From Eledone cirrhosa (Eukaryota): a stretch of 64,000 nt of DNA. The translations under genes and the position numbers were made by a program. The stretch's first letter is position 1, and every line of letters starts with the position of its first letter. The notes beneath the pieces were generated by a model. It was not told the origin of the DNA. It did not search any database and worked only from the letters and a program-made list of their open reading frames with translations. The stretch covers positions 195,300,001-195,364,000 of the forward strand of contig OZ024741.1 in NCBI GenBank assembly GCA_964016885.1, given 5' to 3'. This document shows positions 53,801 to 64,000 of the stretch, piece by piece.

Positions 53801-56327
53801 TTGTCAGAGCTAAGGTGCGTGCGCTGAGAAACGAGGGAACCAAAGCTGTTCGATGGGCCCGCGTGGCAGAGGCGCAGCGTGGTAATAAAACCACAATTCG
53901 GTCTTTGACGGACCGAGACGGACACGAGCTGAGGGATTCCAGGCAGATGCACGAGCTGAGCGATTCCAAACGGATGTGTGAGGCCTTTCGCCAGCATTTT
54001 GCTCGGTTGTTGGGAGAAGTGGCGGGTCAGAGACGGTGGTGGACTTCAGTCCCTACCTCGATGGCTTGCCGCAACTCTCGATGGCCGACGCTGAGCGCTG
54101 CGAAAGGCCGATAAATTCAGCTGAAATTCAGGATGCCTTTGTCGGCTGCACGAGGCGCAAGCTCCCGGGTTTGGATGATCTGCCCTACGAGCTCTACTGC
54201 AACTGGCAACAGAACGCGAGTATTCCCAGTTCTGTGAGCCGGGGCGTAGTGACGCTGATAAGGATAAACGAGAACAAGAGGGACACATTAGATAGTTTTA
54301 GACCCATAACTCTGCTCAACACAGAGTTTAAGATTTTGGCCAAGGTGTTAGCGAAGAGGTTTGCGCTTGTCAGCGAGGATTTGGTTGGGGAGATGCGAAC
54401 TTGTGCAATCCCGACCAGGTCCATACACGACAACCTCCACCTCCTGCGATACATCAAAGAGAGGGTAGGGTCGGCCATCGGTACCTAGAGGCTGTCCTCA
54501 AGGCAGCTGGCTTCGGCCCCGTCTTCAGAAGCTGGATCGCTGCAATGCACAGCGGCATCTGCTCAGTGGTCAAAATTTGTGGCCACCTTTCGGACCGTTT
54601 CAGATCGCCCGATCGGTCTGTCAAGAGTGCCCTCTCTCCTCCCTTCTGTATGTATTGACTCTCGAGCCTTTACTGCAGAAGCTGGAACTGTTGCAGGGCA
54701 TCCCGCTCGAACCGGGACGCGGAAAGGTTGTATCGGCTTATGCGGACGACATCACCGTGATGGTGTCGGACACCTCGGAAATCCAGGTGGTCGGCAACTT
54801 TTTGGTGGAATATGAAAGGTTGACGGGAGCGAAACTTAACCCGGATAGGTCAGTGGGCTTAAAACTCGGCATCTAGAGAGGCAAATCCATGCCGTCCAGC
54901 AGCGTCGTTAGACGCTGGATGGACGGACCGGTAAAGTTGCTAAGGGTTTGGTTCGGGCCAGACCTCCAGGTGGATAAGGATTGGGACAGAAATGAACTGC
55001 GAGGAAGTTATCACTGAAAGGTCGGGCGGAGGTGGTGAACGCGTACATCGCGTCCGTCATCTACTACCGCCTAACCGTCATCCTTTGCCCCCGTCCGCAC
55101 CTCACCAACTTGGAACGGCTCCTCTTCAAATTCTTGTGGAGGAGACAGGTTTCGTTGGTTAGGCGGTTCATCTGATGCCAGCACCCTCTACGTGGAGGGC
55201 TGGGCATGCCGTGGTTAATGATACGCAGACATGCGCTGAGGCTGCGGCATCTCCAGATATTCTGCCTAAAATGTGACAGGTGTGGTCACCGTTTGTCAGA
55301 CGGGCCTTTCCGCACCTCGTCTCTTTGACTGAGCTGCAGTCCTGGGCCAAGAAGAGACCGAGACTGGGTGACTGGCATCTGGAATATTGTCAGGCACTCA
55401 CTGCCCTCTACCAGGTGGGTAATGCGGTCAGTGGAACTTCCACTCTCGAGTTCTATAGAGGATTAGTGGTGGGCAAGTGTGACGAGGCTCTGGGCGTCGA
55501 CGATGTTGAACTAACCAGTCTGTACCGGAGGACTTTCGAGCCGGGGACGATGGATAACTTCCAAAAATCCCTCGCTTGGCAGTGCTACCGGAGAGTCGAT
55601 CTTCACTATGGACTCGGCCGATAGCCGGATCCGTTCTACGCACGACAAGAACTGTTCGACATAACTCCACAAGTCAGTAATGCACGGACACTGGACGTGT
55701 GCGTGCAGAGCGGTTTCGTCGTGCCCGTGCATTACTGACTTGTGGAGTTATGTCGAACAGCTGTTGACGCGTGTAGAACGGATCCGGCTATTGGCCGAGT
55801 TCATAGTGAAGATCGACTCGCCGCCTTATTTTGGCCAGGAAGGGCAGGCAATTTTCCTCTGTCAAGTGGCAGTTGCGAAAGAGGTTATATGGTGGACGAG
55901 GTTCAAAGGACTAAAGAAAGACACTTTTATCTTCGGCCAATCCCTCATCAACTTTTTCAAGTTTCACTTGGAAGGAGGGTGAGGGTGGATAGAGTAGTTT
56001 TGCCCCCCAGTACATTTGCTGAAAGGTGGGTGAATGTGGCGAGAATGGCTCGTGTAAGTGGGCCTACTCTGATCATGCGCCTGTAGGTGGGTGAATTTGA
56101 GGAGGAGAGGAGTGCCCTTCCCGGGTGCTCTCTAAGCGTCGGGTCGTTCAGGATTGGTGGGGTACCTGAGTGAACCCTGGGTGGTCGTTCCCCCCCTATC
56201 GGGGAATTTTCCTTGTATTTTTTATTGTTATTTTGTTATTGTTATTTATATCGTTTACACGTTGTATTTGTAAACCACCACTGTTCTTGTTTTTGTATAT
56301 GTTGGCCCTTGTGGCCAATAAATCAAA

Positions 56328-56361
<34 letters not shown>
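50860..56361 (+). mobile_element. Near full-length L1/Tx1-like LINE (ORF1 with zinc knuckle, decayed ORF2)
   Basis: ORF1 CFVCGVKTHLRAFC near 51800; ORF2 ATG at 52782; FRPITLLN, QECPLSSLLY, YADD; (ATT)n tail at 56327-56361; head-to-head with the preceding copy. Confidence 0.92.
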
Positions 56362-56619
56362 GGTGTGTTCGGACGTCTTTTTGGCTCGCTCCCAGTAAGT
56401 CGCTTTATTCACCTGTTATAATTATTTGTTGTTAAATTTTTCTTGTTGTGTAAGGGATATAAGCCGTTGGACTTTGCCCTATGAAGGGGAAAGTATAATA
56501 TTTGATTAATATTTGAACATTTTACTTTTAAAAAAATAAAAAGAAAACATGACTGAGCCACGCCCCCAACAATATGTCTGCTGTCATGTGACAACGGCGT
56601 AAAAGTTGAGAGGAGGGTT

Positions 56620-57110
56620 ACAGAAATTCACACAACAAACACCACCACAAACAACGTGAACAAAGACAACAACACTGAGAACACTAAAAAGAAAAAAAAT
56701 TACCACACCAACTACAACAGTAACAGCGTCAACCAAAATACAGACAACAGAAAAAAATGACAACAAATGCAACAACGATATTAACACCACTAACTAGAAA
56801 ATAAACAATGACAACAGCAACAATACAAATTGCACCGAAAACAACAACAACGGTGGCACCAAAAACACAACCAACTACAACAGTGATAACACCAACAACA
56901 CCATTTGTAGCAGTAGCAACAGCAACAGCACCAACAACAAGACCAAAAGCAGCAGTAGCGGCAGCAATAATGGTGCCGCTGAAAAAGGGGCCACTTCTTT
57001 CGCAGGTGTGGCCCGAAATATAGACACACTGCTAGTCACAGAGGAGGAGATGACAGTCGCAAGAGCCATGGTGTCAAGAAATGACAATAGAGTTTCCCTG
57101 AAACCTCCAC
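56620..57110 (+). mobile_element. Tx1-like ORF1-region fragment (CAA-rich)
   Basis: Colinear similarity to 50870-51330. Confidence 0.65.
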
Positions 57111-57114
57111 CCGA

Positions 57115-57402
57115 TTTCTTCAAAGATACTGAAAAATATTTGGACCGAATACTTGGAAAGCCACCTCTGCAAGCGATACAGAAAATAGTGCTGACTGGCA
57201 CTGTCCATGTTCTGAGAAGGACATTATCAATTTAAGAACCTTGTAAAGACATTTACTGATGTTTATGACCGTATGTCATCATTTGTATAGCAATTGATTG
57301 TAAAATGTGTGTATTACCAAATTTTACCTCAGGTGTCAGGTTGACACTCAGTATGATTTGGGAAAGAAGCAGAATTCAAAGGAAGTTTCAAATGATAATA
57401 AT
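57115..57402 (+). mobile_element. R4/Dong-like 3' end
   Basis: IQKIVLTGTVHVLRRTLSI stop, 3' UTR and short (TAA) tail. Confidence 0.72.
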
Positions 57403-57469
57403 TTCCTCCCTTTTGTAAGGTTTCTCTAGCAATCAGATGTTAGGTGTAGCGTGTTAATTGGCCTTAGAT

Positions 57470-58110
57470 CAATTCCTGATCTCAGAAACTCAATATATCA
57501 CGTTTGATTCTGGCAGTGCTGGTGATGGTAGAAATTTGGGCACTGCCTATGAAGTCGAGTATCCCAAAGCTTTTGATAAAAGACGTAAGACGTTTAGGGA
57601 TCGTGCCTAGCGCCCCAATGACGATTGGCACGACTCTTGTCTCTAGAGGGTGTTCAATTCTAATAGCACCTACAAGGTCTGCATACTTATTGATTTTTTT
57701 CCATTTCCTTTTCAGCCACATTGTGATCTTGAGTAATTGCAATATCAATTAGAATTGTTTTTTTTTGGGGGGGGGGGGTGCACAATAACAGGGTGGTTGA
57801 GTTGATCTTTGTTTGTCGTCTTGAACTCAAGGTCCCAAATTAACTTTACTCCCCCACATTATAGGCAGGATTCAAGAGGAGTATTTTTGTACCACTGACA
57901 TTGCGTTTCTAAGTTGTATATATATATATATTTGCTATAAGAGCATGCCAGATTTTATAACGTCTTTTTGCTAATTGCTCACATCGACTAGAAATTTGTG
58001 CCACAGATTCGTCTACTTTATGACATATTCTGCAGTGTGGGGGAGCAATTTTGTCTATCGATGTTACCTTTCACCCAATTGTTTCTGAGTGCCTGCTCTT
58101 GTGCGGCAGT
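57470..58110 (-). mobile_element. Decayed R4/Dong-like REL fragment
   Basis: TAAQEQAL, CRICH, WDLEFKT, KINKYADL..VVPIVIGALG motifs. Confidence 0.75.
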
Positions 58111-58121
58111 AATAATAATAA

Positions 58122-58300
58122 TAATTGTTTCTACTTTAGGCACAAGGCCAGCAATTACCCAGTGCATTACTGGTACTTTATTTTATCGACCCCGTAAGGA
58201 TGAAAGGCAAAGTCAACCTCGGCGGGATTTGAACTCAGATCGTAAAGGGACGTAACTATGCTGGAAAGCATGGCGTCCGACCCTCTACTGATACTGCCAA
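58122..58300 (-). mobile_element. tRNA-derived SINE inserted in (TAA)n
   Basis: Family match with aataataat on both sides. Confidence 0.9.
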
Positions 58301-58309
58301 TAATAATAA

Positions 58310-58525
58310 TGGTTTCTGATTTAGGCACAAGGCCAACAGGTTGGGGCAGGGGAAAGTCGATTAAATCAACTCATTTCATTACTGGTGCTTTATTTTATCG
58401 ACCCCGTGAGGATGGAAGGCAAAGTTAACCTCGGCAGGATTTGAACTCAGAACGTAAAGAGACGTAACTATATGTCGCAAAGCATATAATTGTCCAACGC
58501 TCTACCGAGACTGTCAATCCACCAT
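58310..58525 (-). mobile_element. tRNA-derived SINE, longer subfamily
   Basis: Core plus an extra gggaaagtcgattaaatcaac segment. Confidence 0.85.
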
Positions 58526-59076
58526 TGTAATGGTAGAGTATATGCTTATCCAAGCACTTATGAGCTAGAAGGTAGTTACTTGAATTAATACATGTCCAGT
58601 TGGTATTTCTGTATATTTTAGTGGAGACGAGTTTTTGTAGATAGGAGGAAGTTCATTTTTATACGAAATTATGCCGTGGCGGCAGGTAATTTTATGCGGG
58701 TTTTATTTAATTTTCTACTGTATCTGTATTGTGAACAGAAATATTTTCAACGGGGTTGACGAAGCAGTTAGCTATTGGGTTAACCACAACTAAATTAAAC
58801 AGTAGATTATATCATGTTATATTTCTGATTCTATTCCTAATATTAGTGTTATTTAGAAAGTTCAATGTAGTTCAATATTTCTTGAAAAGAGTGCCTGGAG
58901 AGAGCTTTATGTAAGTAGCTGCTTCATTAGATACTCATTTGTTAGCAGAATGTTTTGAGATTCCACCTCTTTAAGAAACATATCCATCCACATTTACATA
59001 TGGAAGTAGAGATGAGTATGAGTAGAGCTATGTTCATAAGACAATACAATCACATATGAAAATATATATATATATA

Positions 59077-59243
59077 TGTCCCAAGGCTCTGATACCATCA
59101 ACACTATACACACAGAGCTGGCATATATAAGAACTGACTAACTGCCTGATGAGGTCATAGCCATTCAATGGCTATCATCGAAATATATATAGCAGTAAAT
59201 AAAGGATTATGAGTTCATGCAATCGACTTATGTTTCGTCACTA
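59077..59243 (+). mobile_element. About 167-bp hammerhead-bearing element, copy 2
   Basis: Near-identical to 33294-33460; flanked by (TA)n. Confidence 0.85.
59141..59196 (+). ncRNA. Minimal type I hammerhead ribozyme
   Basis: Same motif as 33358-33413. Confidence 0.88.
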
Positions 59244-59276
59244 TATGTATATATATGTATATATATATATATATAT

Positions 59277-59466
59277 AATTGTTTCTACTTTTGGCACAAG
59301 GCCAGCAATTACCCAGTGTATTACTGGTACTTTATTTTATCGATCCCGTAAGGATGAAAGGCAAAGTTAACCTCGGCGGGATTTGAACTGAGAATGGCAA
59401 GGGCCGTAACTCTATGCGTCAAAGCATGGCGTCCGACCCTCTACCGATACTGCCAATCCACTGGCC
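59277..59466 (-). mobile_element. tRNA-derived SINE
   Basis: Family match. Confidence 0.9.
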
Positions 59467-59499
59467 ATATTATATATATATTTTGGGGGATAAGGTCAC

Positions 59500-61400
59500 A
59501 AAACTCTTAGTGTACCAAAAGCATATTACCCATAATACTTTGTCCATCCTAACGTCAACGTTTGGTCTGCTGAACAGGTTATTGCAAGAACTGAGCAAGA
59601 TGGATGTAAGGACTTACATGCTGCTCAGTGTTACTGGAAACTTTAAAATCAATGGTGATGTTAACAGACTATATTTCTCACGCAAGTTAGGTGGTCGGAG
59701 CCTAAAATCCATATTAACATCATACAACAACCGGATATTAACACTGAAGCAATATCTTCAACAGAAGAAAAAAGGCCAGCAGCCATCTCACCTAGGTTTC
59801 TAAGCATGAAAATAATAATTGTTTCTACTTTTGGCACCAGGCCAGCAATTATCCCAGTGCCATGAAAATAATAATATCGTTAGGATAGCCACTAATCTAA
59901 AAAGGAGACATGAAATAAAAGCCGATACAAATATCTTTCCCAGGAACAGTGGAAGACTCTACTAAATGCTCGAACAAAATTTTTCCAATGGACCAATTCA
60001 CTGTGAAGGCTGTATATGGGTACTTCTGGCAAAAAGCACTGACCATAGAGTTGATAAACCATACTAAAAGCTTGACATGAAATTTCGACAAGTTCACAAC
60101 CTCCCACATACCTCCATGCAATCCAGAAACAAGAAATCCTCACCAAGTACCTACTGCACGAAAGAGGAAAGTCATCAGTTAACAATAAATGCAGGCTGTA
60201 CAAAATAAAGACTGAAGATGTTAGCCACACTATTACCAACGGTGAAATAATGTCTTCTCGTTACTACCACCCCATACGGAGTGCATTACGGAAGACGAAA
60301 ATCAAATCAAATAGGAAGGAATATGTTGAGACTGATGGCTCGAAGGAATACTTGTCCCAATTGTCAAGGTTTGCTCTTTGGGGTCTTGGGATACGCAATC
60401 TTTGTGTGTCCATCCCACGCCTCCCAGGAGAGGTCACAAACCTATCGACAGTCTTTGCAGCATGAAATGGAGACTGCAATATACTTTTTGAACAAGCCCC
60501 TCAACCTAAGGCCTGAAAATGTCCCTTGTTAACCCACATGAAGGACAATGCGGTATGGTTCTTTTTCGTACATCTCACCATATTGCAGTTTTGGTGGTCT
60601 TATTTGTGCCAGTCACCAATCTGGTACTTTCTCAAACTCGTAAAGACTAGGCTTTTTTCGAGGCGACCTTTACTCGCCTCATCATAGCTACATCACTGGG
60701 TTGTGAGAGTTTTCTTGGAAGCTACATGTCTCACCCAGTGCTCCATCTCCTCAAGTAGTTTACCGCTGTTTATCCGGGGTTGCTTATTCGTCCGCAGCTG
60801 CCCGCTTATATCACAACTAACCATCATATCTGGTGGCCGAATCACTTTCTATCACCTTCTACCCGTTATATAGCAGAACAGCTCTGTTGAGAAAGGAATA
60901 CTTGTGCAACCTTTTTAATGAGTGGTTCCAAACAACAATATCAGGCCGATTATGTTTGAATTTGGTGGCGGATTTTATTTTAGGAATATTTGTAAGACCT
61001 AAAATAAAAACCATCACCAAATTCAAACACAACCGGCCTGATATTGTTGTTTGGGACCCACGTATTAAAACCATGTTCTGTTGTAGAAGTCAGCTGCCCA
61101 CTTGATGTCAATGTGGTATGAAAAGTGCTATTGATGAAGAGTTTGCAGATCCAGTATCCAAGATACTCGTTCAGATTCATACCCATATAACTGAACTTGG
61201 ATTTGGGGAGAAAGAACGCAGCTCCTTAATTCATAAGCTATAAATGGCCAAAATATCCGGAACCTTCAAAACCTGTAAAACATTCTTACGATTCAAAGGA
61301 TAAACATTTACACAAGAGACGACTAGAATTTCTGTTTCTTTACAACCTTGACACAGAGAAGGTAGCCTGTCAAAAATAAACTCAAAATTATGTGAAAGAG
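59500..61400 (+). mobile_element. Highly decayed, interrupted R4/Dong-like LINE
   Basis: MDVRTYMLL..DVNRLYFSRKLGGRSLKSI; AIQKQEILT, KCRLY..EDVSH; KHNRPDIVVWD..VEVSCPLD. Confidence 0.7.
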
Positions 61401-61674
61401 AAAACATATGTACATATCCATATATATATATTGTTGTCACATTAAATATCTAACTCTAGTATTTCAATTCTAATGTGATACCACATTTCTACGAAAACAA
61501 ATTTTGCCTTGCTTCAATGACATATTCATATCGAGTTCTAAAATAGTTATAAGCCCTACCTTAATTTGGTAGAACATTAATGAACATATATCTGTGTATT
61601 CAAAACTATGTATATATCGCTACATTCAAATAATACTACACAATATCCACAATTATTCATCATTTCAAGTCAAC

Positions 61675-61885
61675 AGCGGTGGATTGACAGTATCGGTAAA
61701 GCGTCGAACAATATATACTTTGTGGCATATAGTTACGGCCCTTTACGTTCTGAATTCAAATCCCACCGAAGGTAGCTTTGCCTTTCATCCTTACGGGGTC
61801 GATAAAATAAAGTACCACACTGGGGTCGACAAAAACGACTTTTCCCACCCCCAAAGTTGTTGGCCTTGTGCCAAAATCAGAAACC
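61675..61885 (+). mobile_element. tRNA-derived SINE, longer subfamily
   Basis: Head, core and tail present. Confidence 0.85.
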
Positions 61886-62829
61886 CTTACTTCAAGTCAA
61901 CCTAAATTTTACATACCTTATCTCTATCACCCACAATTTACAAAGCATATTTCTCAATAGGTGTTAATAAGTTCATTAATATTTAAAAGGTTGCCCGGTC
62001 GCTCAATTACAGGATTGTAACTAGTCCAGGCGATCACCCTTTTTATGTCAATGGAGATATTGTGCATATTTTGTGTAAGCAGATATGGATGTAGATACAT
62101 GTATGTAAGTATGTATGTATGTGTGTATGCATGCATGCATGTATGTATGCATGTGCATATGTGTGTATATGCGCGGGGACATAGAAATAATCGGGCTGGA
62201 TACCCGATCACGCAGTTAAACCAATGGGAGTGGAGGACCCCTAGCCTTTGTCAAGGCATTCTTCTAGGAGAAGGCAACTCATGAAACTGGGATAACTCCG
62301 ATATAAAACCTGCGGCTCAGTAGTTACCGATGATGTTGATCTTTTCTTCTTTTCGGATTATAGCTACTGTTGCTCAGAGAGTGGGACTGGCTCAGTGCAC
62401 AGTCTTTCCTCACTTTAAAAATTCTTCACGTACAGGCATTGCATGATAGCATTAATTAATAATTATAAATAATGTTATAACGTGCAATGGCCATACTCGA
62501 TAACGAGGGGGGTCAGTCATTATGTATGTATGTATGTTTCCCTCTACTAGAAAGGTGCTGTGACAACAACTGGGGGCTTTTCACTCCCAGGTAAAGAGAA
62601 AAACAAATTAAAATGTACTATTTGGATGGCCGTTGACTCTGCTGAGTTCCTCCGCCTTTTGCCGGGTCTTGTATTTCAGCCCGCAGAGTGTCCAAATATA
62701 ACCCTCTTCATCAAGCAAGCCTGGTGGGGTTGCCGGTTTAGTTGCCGACGACCCGACCATCAGACAAGATGTACTGGCTTACATGTTATCAGTTTACCAC
62801 TCGAGAGCTACCTGACATAAACAATTTCA

Positions 62830-63960
62830 GCAACCTGGCGTTTTTTGGTTTTCTTGGCCAAACAACTTCAGGAGAAATGCATTGAGCAGCGCATGGACTT
62901 ATACCAAGTTTTTGTCGATCTGACCAAGGTATTTGACACTGTAAATCGAAAAGTTTTTTTTTACTTTGGAGAGATTGGGCTTTCCTGAAAAGTTGGTGAA
63001 CATACTCAAGCTCTTCCACGATGACATGCAGACATGGTTAAAAATTGGATGTAAACTGTCTGAGCCAATCTCGGTTGAAAATGGTGTCAAGGAAGGTAAT
63101 ATACTTGCACCAACTTTGTTTGTCTTGTATTTCGCAATGGTGTTCTTCATGGCCTTCAAGGATTGTCAACACGGTATCTATCTCAGATATCGCACTTCCG
63201 GCAAGCTGTTCAACCTCAGGTATCTCACTGCCAACATTAAGATAATGAGTACCTTGATCAGAGAATTTATGTATGCAAATGATTGTGATCTCTTTGCCCA
63301 CTCCCAGAATGACATTCTTTTTTCCAATGCGTGCAGTGCTTTGGGGCTGACAATCAGTCTGAAGAAGACTGTCGTCCTGTACCAACTTGCTCCGGATAAA
63401 GTTTTTAATTAACCCTCCATATATGTATACGGTCAAAAGTTGACGTTTGCTGGCATATTTGTGTATTTGGGGAGTATTCTGAGTATGACCTGCTCTCTGG
63501 ATGCAGAAGCTTATCGGCGTGTTAGCAAAGCAAGTGAGCCATTTGGAAGACTCAGTGACCGTCTGTGGTGCAGGTGAGGAATCACAATGAAGACCAAGGT
63601 GAAAATGTATACTGCATGTGTACTGTCAGCATTGCTGTATGCGTGTGAGACATGGGCTGCTTACAAACGGCATATCAAAAGACTGGAACGATTTCACCAG
63701 CAGTGTTTCAGAAAGATGCTTCGTATCAAGTGGCAGATGCATGTCAGTGATGCATAGGTCCTTGAAAGAAGTGAATGTCGGAGCATTGAAAGTATCATCC
63801 ACCAACGTCATTTGCAGAATCGAAGACGATCGATCCCGAAACAACTTTTGTATGGCGAAATGTGTAAAGGTAAGAGACCACCTCACAAGCCAAAGCTCCG
63901 ATTCAAAGATTGTGTAAAGGACTCATTGAAAAAAATGGTTTGATGGTGGCTGACTGGGAG
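62830..63960 (+). mobile_element. RTE/BovB-like LINE RT fragment, decayed
   Basis: QLQEKCIEQ..FVDLTKVFDTVNR, GFPEKLVNILKLFHDDM, GVKEGNILAPTLF, YANDC, GLTISLKKT, FVYLGS, LLYACETW. An RTE-like UTR may lie upstream at about 62170-62520. Confidence 0.88.
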
Positions 63961-64000
63961 ATGGAATTGTGAATGATGGGGTCCATAATTTTGACAACAG

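Overview
AT-rich, microsatellite-dense eukaryotic DNA with no recognisable host gene. A cephalopod (Octopus-like) origin is inferred from the SINE family and repeat content and is not proven. The window is almost entirely mobile elements: head-to-tail R4/Dong-type REL LINEs in (TAA)n tracts, several L1/Tx1-type LINEs with (ATT)n tails, a Penelope-like element (RT + GIY-YIG), a Ty3/Gypsy LTR element with a 5-bp TSD, RTE/BovB fragments, non-autonomous Helitron-like elements, many tRNA-derived SINEs and a 17-bp minisatellite inside inverted repeats. The main hidden signal is about a dozen minimal hammerhead-ribozyme (HHR) motifs from at least six unrelated Penelope-pLTR/retrozyme-like families. 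Most sit in (TA)n and many form head-to-head palindromes; one family has a compensatory U3-A8 core. Other signals are Helitron head-to-tail junctions folded back at the 3' hairpin, a conserved AG|GTAAGT just upstream of ORF2 in three diverged Tx1 copies, and an unusual density of fold-back inverted duplications. All coordinates and identities were read by eye.
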